Of a stretch of DNA of 64,000 bases, positions 54,431-64,000 are shown in pieces (the first letter of the stretch is position 1; every line of letters starts with the position of its first letter). Location: assembly GCA_012295275.1 (NCBI GenBank), contig CM022677.1, positions 4,898,001 through 4,962,000 of the forward strand, given 5' to 3'. The notes beneath the pieces were generated by a model. The model ran no database searches, was not told where the DNA came from, and worked only from the letters and a program-made list of their open reading frames with translations. Both the position numbers and the translations under genes were made by a program. Source of the stretch: Chrysomallon squamiferum (taxonomy: Eukaryota > Animalia > Mollusca).

Positions 54431-56039
54431 GTAAGTACATATTTATATTTTATAAATAGTTTTGGTTATTTTTACACATTTTTATATCAATGAAATGATT
54501 TATGGGTTTTATAAGCAAGTACATATTTAATATTTTTTATTTCATACTAAATATTACCACGAATACAGAGTCTTGATAAGAAAGTGTATTTTTATGTTAT
54601 TTTAAATCTGTCTTCATCTTTATAAATTTGTACATTCATCAACATGCAACTCATTAATATAATGTAAAATAAATGTTTTTGCAAATGATGTTTTTACTAG
54701 TTAGATATTTATTATTATGTTTTTTAATATAAAATGAAAACATATTTGGTCAATATCAATACTGATCAAGTGAAATGTAGGTGTTTTTGACAAGATTTAA
54801 ATATTTGTGCATGTCAGTGAAAAAAAGGGTATAGCCTATAACAAGACGTTAATCAATAAACTTTAGTGGATAACAGTGAAAATAAAAAATGTATCATTAT
54901 ATAATTTCCTATACTTTAAATTCAATTTCTTTTCTTATTTTTTATTTTTTTTTTTTTTTTTTTTTTGTAATTTATTAATTATCTCACTGAAATGAACTCT
55001 TAAGATTAAAATATTTCAAAAAGAATTTAAAAATGTTTCTGTGATACGGAATTATTTAATACTAATGAGTTATTGTTTTATTTATTAATTGTCATGTAAT
55101 AAATTAATTAATATTATTATTATTATTATTATTTTTTATTTAAATTCTTGTATATATCAAAAAATGATAAGCTTAAAATAATTAATCATTTTCAGAACAC
55201 TCAGATCTTTAATTCAGAGGATGTGAAATGAAAGCTACAATGAGCCCATGATGTTTCAAATCCCTGTTTGTCAGATGTAGCTGCAAGTTCTGTTATGATT
55301 ATTTTCAACATGATTAATTAGGCTGCATCAAAGCTTGTCCTTTTATTTTAATTTTTTTTATGGATTCAAAACTGATTTAATCCTATAAAAATGTGTAACT
55401 CTATTTAGCTTCTTAATTATAAATGACTTATTTATTTAAATAAAAAGTAATGTGTTTTATAACTATGGAATTTTCCGGTTGTCTTTCATTATGAATTTAT
55501 GTTCTATAGTGCTAAATGTTAAAGAAGAGAAAATTTCAAAGTAAAACTTGTGTAAAAGTAAAGTGTATTGATTCAGATCTGAAGTTTCATTTCACTGTCA
55601 TACTATTTGCATCCATAATGGATGCATAATGAATATTCATAACTACAGATTATATATAAAACACTTTATTTTTTAAAAGTATTTTAGTTACCAAGTTAGA
55701 AACTAAACCATATAGAAAACTCTAAAACATATAATTTTGAATTATTTTAGATTGATAATAATATTAAGTACATTAATCTAAAAAACAATGTTATATATTA
55801 TATAGGTGGAGAAATATTAGACTAGCTGTTTCAAAAAACGTGGTATATGTAGTTATAAGTACATAATAACAACAACAAAATAATGAAAATAAATAAATAA
55901 ATAAAAAGACAAACAAACAACAGCAAATATAATCCTCTCCTTTAGATCAGCTGGGAATAATTTAAGTGTGTGTTTTACACTGAACGAGTTGCATGAAGGA
56001 AATGTTTCTTGTAACAACCCTGCACTCTCCATGTTTACA

Positions 56040-56632
56040 GTTTTATGGTGTTGAACGTACAGTTAAGTAGAGAACTGTACACTCCACAGTCTTTGTCACA
56101 AAGCTGATTTCATATAAATGTTTATCATTATAACTATTAAAGTTATGGTGTTGAACACACTTAAGTACAGAACTGTTCACTCCACAGTCTTTGTCACAAA
56201 GCTGGTTTCAATGAGATATAAATGTTTATCATTATAACTATTAAAGTTATGGTGTTGAACACACAGTTAAGTAGAGAACTGTACACTCCACAGTCTTTGT
56301 CACAAAGCTGATTTCAGTGAGATATAAATGTTTATCATTATAACTATTAAAGTTATGGTGTTGAACACACAGTTAAGTACAGAACTGTACACTCCACAGT
56401 CTTTGTCACAAAGCTGATTTCAGTGAGATATAAATGTTTATCATTATAACTATTAAAGTTATGGTGTTGAACACACAGTTAAGTAGAGAACTGTACACTC
56501 CACAGTGTTTGTCACAAAGCTGATTTCAATGAGATATAAATGTTTATCATTATAACTATTAAAGTTACAGTGTTGAATACACTTAAGTAGAGAACTGTAC
56601 ACTCCACAGTCTTTGTCACAAAGCTGATTTGA
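56040..56632. repeat. ~105-bp tandem repeat, about 5.6 copies
   Basis: ttatggtgttgaac...agaactgtacactccacagtctttgtcacaaagctgattt recurs at ~56043, 56143, 56248, 56353, 56459 and 56565. Confidence 0.95.
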
Positions 56633-56719
56633 ACGAGAAGGGTGGAACGTTCTTTAGCTGTTTTACTTAGATGACAATTCTTTCTTATCATTCGGATAAC
56701 AGTGTTTACAGGTTTATAA

Positions 56720-57035
56720 TAGGAAAGGTTAGGTTTAGGGGTAATTTAAATATCAGTTTATTTAAAAAAAAAAGATTTATGGTTATGATTAGCAGTTTCC
56801 TCCTTGGTTAGATTTATATTTAAATATTTACTTATATCAAAAGGCCTTTCAAATGAAACTCTTTTGATCAGTGTTAGGATACATTTTTATTGTATTTCAA
56901 TAAATCCTTATTTTTATCATATTGCAACAAACAAGTTTATAGCTCGGGTTAGGATGGGGTTAGGGGTAGATCTAGGACTCGGGCTAGGGTCAGGCTTAGG
57001 TTTACGTTTAGATCTAGGAGTAGGTTTAGTAGCTA
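56720..57035. repeat. Degenerate (TTAGGG)-like tract, possibly Helitron/Helentron-associated
   Basis: aaggttaggtttagggg and gggttaggatggggttaggggtag...ggctagggtcaggcttaggttt. Confidence 0.55.
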
Positions 57036-57121
57036 TTTATTTGAACAGAATTAACAAATAAAACTTTGAAATTTTTGTATCTGTATGTGTGTGTCTATGG
57101 ACATATGTAAATATGTATATA

Positions 57122-57154
<33 letters not shown>

Positions 57155-57479
57155 TAGTTAATTTAATTTAGTTAATTATATATTAGTATACACACACACA
57201 CATATATATACATACATACACATATGTTTATACACACACACATACATATATACATACATATATGTATATAGTTTAGGATTTTGAATATTCTCTGTTGTAT
57301 GTACGGCTGAACAGACTGCACACAGACAGTATTCGTGAAAGCACTGGTAGGACAAATCACAACTCACAAACACGTCAGATGCCACTGACGAGACTCGAAC
57401 GTGTGACACCCATTCACCCGCACTCCGAAGGCGGACGATGTTACCGTATGTTTGTGTATGTTTGTGTTCATGTATGCAT

Positions 57480-57625
57480 ATATACATATAAAATATATAT
57501 GTGTGTGTGTCTGTATGTATTATCTGTGTGAATGTGTGTCTGTGTGTGTGTGTGTGTGTATATATATTGTGTGTATATATATGTCTGAGTGTGTATGTAT
57601 ATATGTATTTATGTAAGAATTCGTA

Positions 57626-57658
<33 letters not shown>

Positions 57659-57800
57659 TGTGTGTATATATATGTCTGAGTGTGTATGTATATATGTATT
57701 TATGTAAGAATTCGTATGTGTGTGTGTGTGTGTGTGTATATATATTGTGTGTATATATATGTCTGAGTGTGTATGTATATATGTATTTATGTAAGAATTC

Positions 57801-57860
<60 letters not shown>

Positions 57861-57945
57861 GTCTGAGTGTGTATGTATATATGTATTTATGTAAGAATTT
57901 GTATGTGTGTCTGTGTGTGTGTGTGTGTGTATATATATACACACA
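57480..57945. repeat. Compound (TG)/(TA) minisatellite, about 4 units
   Basis: gtctgagtgtgtatgtatatatgtatttatgtaagaatt occurs four times. Confidence 0.93.
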
Positions 57946-58091
57946 CATCATGTTATAGTTGTAAAATAAACTGATCCAATAATAATAATAATAGAAAAAT
58001 AAAAATGATGAAAAATGAAATGAAATAAATAAATAATAATAATTTCAAGTATAAATATTTACACAAACTGCAGTTCTCTCGAATTGCCTCA

Positions 58092-58211
<120 letters not shown>

Positions 58212-59811
58212 GTGTGTGTGTGTGTCCATGTCTAAAGAGAAAGTTTTATAAAGTATGTCAGGCAGAATAGAAAGAAGAAAATGAAGTAGAATAGATGAGT
58301 GCACTTGCACCACTGTACTACACTGATATTATACACATTAATTATATTTCACATACAGACAGACATATAGACAGGTGAATATCGATAAACAATGTAAATA
58401 GTTTTATATATAAATGAAATAATGACTGAAGAATTTAATTTTTATCAGGTAAATATTTTATTGCAGTTTTGTTTTATTACACTGGAGTATGTAGAAATAT
58501 ATTTTAAATATCACAACTTCCTTAGAAATAAACTACTTTACAAAATAAAAGAATATATAACGTGGGGGAATATTTCAAAAGTAAAAGTAAATCAGAGTTT
58601 TGTCTGAAAGTAAAATTTATTTTGTAATTTAGCATGTTTAAACTAAAGTAATTCATAATAAAATAAATAACTTCTTTATTTATTATTTTTTTCTTTAAGG
58701 CAAAAGTAAAATAAACAAATTAACTAAATTAATAACTATACTATACTTAAAACAAAAATAAGTAAATAAAGTATAGAAATTAAGTAAATCAATTACTTTA
58801 CAAAAATATATTTTAAAGAAGAAGTAAATAAAGTAAATAAATTAACTAAATTTATTACTTTAAAAAATAAATAACTGATTTTCTGTTTATGTATCAGTTC
58901 GTGTAAGGAAAGAAATGTCTGTCAACTTTCAACTTCAAAACAGTTAAAGTGAAACTAACTTAGCAGACAGTTTGAAGTTTACTTTTATTTGTCCGGTGAT
59001 GAACTCTGCCACGTACATTTTGTTGTCAGCACAACAGACAGACAAAGGTGTGAACAGTCCATCCTGTTCAGTGAGGATGTCACTAAAGATATTTACAATA
59101 TTTTGAAATTTGGTTGACAGATGGAAGATGCATGAATTGACTTCAAAGATTTAGCTTAGTTTCTTATTTTATCTCATGCATGTGTAATATTGTCTTTGTT
59201 TTAAATAGATTTTAAATTATATGTAAAGGATTCTTTATTGTAACTATTGCTTGAATGCAGAAAATAATTCTGGTTTATTTATGAGAGTCTATTTCATTAA
59301 TGGCAAAAATTAAATTACATTAAAGTGGCAGGAAAGAATGTTATAATTAAATATTTTAATTAATCAAATAATTTGTTAGTATGTTAGTATTTCAAGTAGA
59401 ATCCATATTGTGTAATGTAATAGCTATATAGTTTAAAATGTTTATTTTCTTAATATTCCTAGCAGTCATCTTAAACTGTAAAAGTGTAAATATCAAATTT
59501 TACCAAGTTAAAGAATCATTCAAATATATTAAAAACATATTTTTCATAATCACTTTTACTGATGTATTGCTATTTTAATCCTTTTATATCAAAGTTAAAA
59601 AAATAATCTTAAACTGATTTAAATTGAGAATATAAAAACATTTAATAAATTATTGTTATTATTAAAGTTTTATGGAAAAAATAAAAATGTGGAGTAAAAT
59701 GTTTCTTGCTAAGACCGTGAAATGCATTTAGAGCTGACAAAACAATTCTACTTGCACTTTATTTTATGTTTAGTTTATTAATGAGTATTATATTTTGTTG
59801 TAGGATCCTAG

Positions 59812-59973
59812 ACAACAGGTTCAAGGTGTGCCACAGCCAGCAGTTCAGTTGAAAATATTGTAAGACCCATTTTCAGAAAAGGTTCACTAAAGCACCAGAA
59901 TGCTATTACATCACAGTCTTCCCTGTCCAGAGAAAGCTCAACACTTTCAAGAGAAAATCTGTCTGAAATCTAA
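59812..59973 (+). CDS. Candidate terminal coding exon, unknown gene
   Basis: After ttttgttgtaggatcctag an open Ser-rich frame reads TTGSRCATASSSVENIVRPIFRKGSLKHQNAITSQSSLSRESSTLSRENLSEI*; GC is higher than in the flanks. Confidence 0.3.
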   Translation, partial: TTGSRCATASSSVENIVRPIFRKGSLKHQNAITSQSSLSRESSTLSRENLSEI

Positions 59974-61490
59974 TTTGAATTTAGAAAACTCAATGATCTC
60001 CAAGAGACTACATTGTCTCAGAACATCCAGTGTGCACATTGTACTTCATAGCAGCTTGCACTGTTTTTATCATTGATGTGTGCTTGGTTATTCTAACTTT
60101 TTTGCTGAAAGAGGAATGGAGATTCATCATTGCTACGGAATGCCATCTTTGTAAATAAGCTAAAATCAGTGTGATAGTTAACTTTTTTAATCTATAATTT
60201 ATATTATTTAAATCAGGGTAAATCGAGGGTTTACTGGGGTAATCATTGTCTAAATATATTTAAAACTATGTAATTAGAGGTATTTGAACTTTTTATAAAA
60301 ACACAATAAAACAACATTGTTTCTTTATATTATTTAAATCAGGGTAAAATCAGGGGTTTGCTGGGGATAATAAATGTAAATATAATTGAAAATTATTTCA
60401 TTAACGGTAATTAGAATTTTTATACAAAAATATTTAATTCAAGGGGTAATCATTGCGTAAATATATTTAAATTATGTAATTAGGGGTAATAAGAATATAT
60501 TATATAACTATCCCCAAAAAGTAATACAAAAATAAAAAATATTATAATAATATATTTCTAATGTAAACTGTTAACTAAATTAAAATTTTATTTGCATTAA
60601 CCATGACTTTGTTATTTTTAATTAGAAGAAACATGATGATCTTCAAGTTGAAATTACTTAAAAACCTGTCTAGATAATAAAACTTAAATATTCAGATATT
60701 TCTCTTTAGACATTTCTAGCAGTTTTTTGTAATTTAACTTTCCCACTTTAGAAAGAATAATTGAATTATTTCAATAAGGAATCTTTAAAAATAGAAAATC
60801 AGAATTTAAAAATGATAAAAATCAAAGAAGAGGAAAAATGTACATAAATGGAATTTTTCTCAGTATTTTATAGTTAGCCTTTCACATGTTGGAAAAATTC
60901 AATAAATTATTTCAAATATGTGCAAATGGAAATGTATTCCAAGTATTTTATAATCTGTAGTGAACTAATTCAATTAAAAAGCTAGGGGGAAAATGAAATT
61001 AAATAAATAAATAAATAAATTCATAAATAAATAATAAAAGATATAAAATAATAAAATACAACCAGGACATGTTACATAAATGAGTGGCAGTACAAATAGT
61101 TTTAATACAAAAACATTATTTGTTCTTAACTGTTTTAAATCCTGACATCTACAAAATCAAACCCATTGCATCTTATCTAAAAACATTAATCAAAATGGAA
61201 AATCATGCTGAAATTGTTCAATTTGTTAACATTAAAAATGTTAAGGCACATTCAAATATTTTAAAACAAAAATAAATAAATAAAGACTAGTCTCTGTCTG
61301 TTTTTAGTTTTATTATTTATATACTGATCAATATCTTCGTTATTTGTTGACAACCAGCAAAAGATAATCTGATTTAATCATTATTTTTTATATATACATC
61401 TTGTTCGATTTTACAGAAACAAACAAAGCACTAGAATGAACACTAATCAACAAAAATGGATCTCTCTCTCGTCTTTTATTTACAAACCCG

Positions 61491-61572
61491 TTAAATAGAG
61501 TTATTTCCCTTAGACCATTAATAGATGACATTGCATAAGCTTTAATGGTCAAAGGGAAATAACTCTGTTTAA
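61491..61572. repeat. Inverted repeat/hairpin, 31-bp arms (2 mismatches), 20-nt loop; MITE-like
   Basis: ttaaatagagttatttcccttagaccattaa ... ttaatggtcaaagggaaataactctgtttaa. Confidence 0.9.
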
Positions 61573-62073
61573 AGACTGAGCTAAATTCGATTTACTACTT
61601 TTAGATGAATTCAGCTAATTATATAAAAAAAAAAAAAAAAATTCGATCAAAATATTCCAAATATTAAATTCAACAGTTTCTGAACAACCAGTTTCCATTA
61701 TTTGTTGGTTTATTTGATTTATTATTATTACTTAATTAATTACTGTAAAACTCCTATTTCACTTAAAACTTTTCTTTTTCGATTTGCCCCTTGAATAAAA
61801 ACAATGAATTTTTTATACAACATAAACCTTGAGCAGTCAAGATCACTCTGCATAATGTTACTAATCAAACTGAAGTTTATTAAATAGGAAGTATAATTAT
61901 AATAGCATTTCAAGACAAAACTAAACCCCACCTTTGTAACAATGCATTCCAATTATGAATTATAGTGACATATGCCTTTAAGATTTTGTATTATGAACCA
62001 TTTCACTTTCATTTGATGTCTCAGACTTTCATAATGAAGCCATAATGAAGCAAATTAATTATAAATTTTTAAA

Positions 62074-62126
<53 letters not shown>

Positions 62127-63084
62127 CATACATACATCGTTTCATTTTCATTTTCTTTAAAATAAAAATTACTGCAAATCTGTTTTTAAAAAAGATGTTG
62201 GTTTTAATAGAGCTAAAATTACTCTTTTAGCCTGATTAATTTCAGCTTTTTTCAGATATCTCTTAATGTTAATAACAACAATTCAAAATCAAGATATAAT
62301 AATAAATCATTAAAATAATCCAGTTATTAATTGTATTTTTATTTTATCTCATTGTATATCATTTTTTCTATTCATTTTTTAAAAACAAAACAACAATCAA
62401 AACACTTAGAACTTGTATTTATTTATACATAAACAAGGACACTGTCTTTCACATGCTGCAGTTATTTGACAACAAACACATTAACTCTTTCTCACAGATA
62501 ACATGTCTGTATCAACTCATCCTTTCACATTCCCATCTGTCTGTCTGTCTGTCTGTCTGTCTATGACTGCATTGATTTCTCCTACATACCCATGCCTCAG
62601 CTAACGCATATAAAAGTTATAATTTCCTTCAGTACACACACACACACATACACTAACACACAACTTGTGTGTATATATATATATATATATACATAATGAC
62701 ATATTTGAAACTTTTTGAAGCCTTAACAATGATCCACGTTCCTTGTAATCACTATAAGCAGCTAAATTAACAACATTATCATTAATGTCTTAGTAGCTAA
62801 GTGAATTAACTTATTTAGGTTTAGTGTTGAAAGCAGAAGTTTGCATAAATATGTATGGTGCACATTTTGCTTTGTTTTACTGAATTCGACGTAATGGCAG
62901 TGCGATCTAGAAAAACGACAGCTATCAAACTTTATAAAGGCTTTAACAAAATAATGTCTACAAGCAGTGAACATGTAATTATGTCATTTCTCCCCCGAAT
63001 CTCAACTTAATTTAATTTGTACAAAAGTTCAGAAGAACTATGTTTATTATCAAACTCTAATCACAGCAGTAAAACAAATAATTT

Positions 63085-63712
63085 GACCTAATACTAACAC
63101 AACACCTACACAAATACCTCATACTAAACCTAACACCTATACTAAACATGACACCTACACTAACACCTAATACTAAACACAGCACCTTCACTAACACCTA
63201 ATACTAATCATAGCACCTACACTGACACCTAATACTAAACCAAACACCTACAAAACACCTAATACTAAAGCTCACATACTAACAGCTAATACTAAACATG
63301 ACACCTACACTAACCCTTAATTCTAAACCTAATATCTACACTAATCTAAACCCTAACATATTAACACCTAATAGTAAACGTAACCCCTATACTAGCCCTT
63401 AATACTAAACCTAACACATGCAGTAACCTTTAACAGTAAACCTAACACCTACATTAACAGCTAATACTAAACATGACACCTACATTAACACCTAATACTT
63501 AATCTAGCACCTGTACTAACACCTAATTTTAAACCTAACCTTTAATACTAAATCTAACACCTACATTAACAGCTAATACTAAACATGACACCTACATTAA
63601 CACCTAATACTTAATCTAGCATCTATACTAATTTTAAACCTAACCTTTAATACTAAATCTAACACCTACACTAACATAGAGTACTATTTCTGTGGCAGCT
63701 AGCCTAACCATG
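63085..63712. repeat. Degenerate (CCTAA/CTAACA)-type telomere-like minisatellite, possibly the body of a non-autonomous Helitron/Helentron-like element
   Basis: Repeats of ctaacacctaatactaaac / acacctacac, ending in gtggcagctagcctaacc. Confidence 0.7.
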
Positions 63713-64000
63713 CATGTTACAGTCTAAAATAAAAAGGATTTATTAAAATAAAGATAACTAAAACCTTTCTTGATAATGATCTGACTTCTTAGTATATTTT
63801 AAACTTAAATGAATAATGATAGTGAAATCTAAGTCTAAGTCTTTCTCTCAGACTTGTTCTAACATTCAGGACATAACTAATATTTAACTGTAAATCTAAG
63901 CAAATAATTTCCGAACACTCACCTAACCGTAACAATGTTTCAAATAATAATAAAATAAGAATAATAAACAACAAAAATAAAAAAAAAATAATAATAATAA

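Overview
AT-rich eukaryotic (animal, most likely gastropod-mollusc-like) genomic DNA with a 200-N scaffold gap, dense micro- and minisatellites and decayed transposons. Most ORF-track entries are translations of simple repeats. Supported genes: (1) an intact two-coding-exon innexin (+, 16199-18122); (2) an intronless, divergent Frizzled-9/10-type gene (-, 23509-25125) broken by two mutually compensating 1-nt homopolymer indels; (3) a six-coding-exon, phase-consistent 158-aa gene of unrecognised family (-, 42198-47083) that the ORF track does not show. Isolated exons of a TIR-domain gene (-, 9118-9277) and of the CAMSAP/Patronin CKK domain (+, 54268-54430, frameshifted) look like duplication debris. 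Mobile-element relics: Ngaro/DIRS (tyrosine recombinase plus SGNH hydrolase), BEL/Pao, Gypsy, pogo/Tigger and hAT termini, and a tRNA-derived SINE. Large repeats: a ~6.9-kb 51-bp satellite with higher-order structure and a CpG-rich ~373-bp satellite beside a garbled inverted duplication that is probably an assembly artefact. I found no convincing new multi-gene system. The best leads are the hidden spliced gene, the frameshifted Frizzled and the glycosylation-site/uORF-bearing innexin. All family calls are by motif recognition without database searches, and repeat and TE boundaries are approximate.
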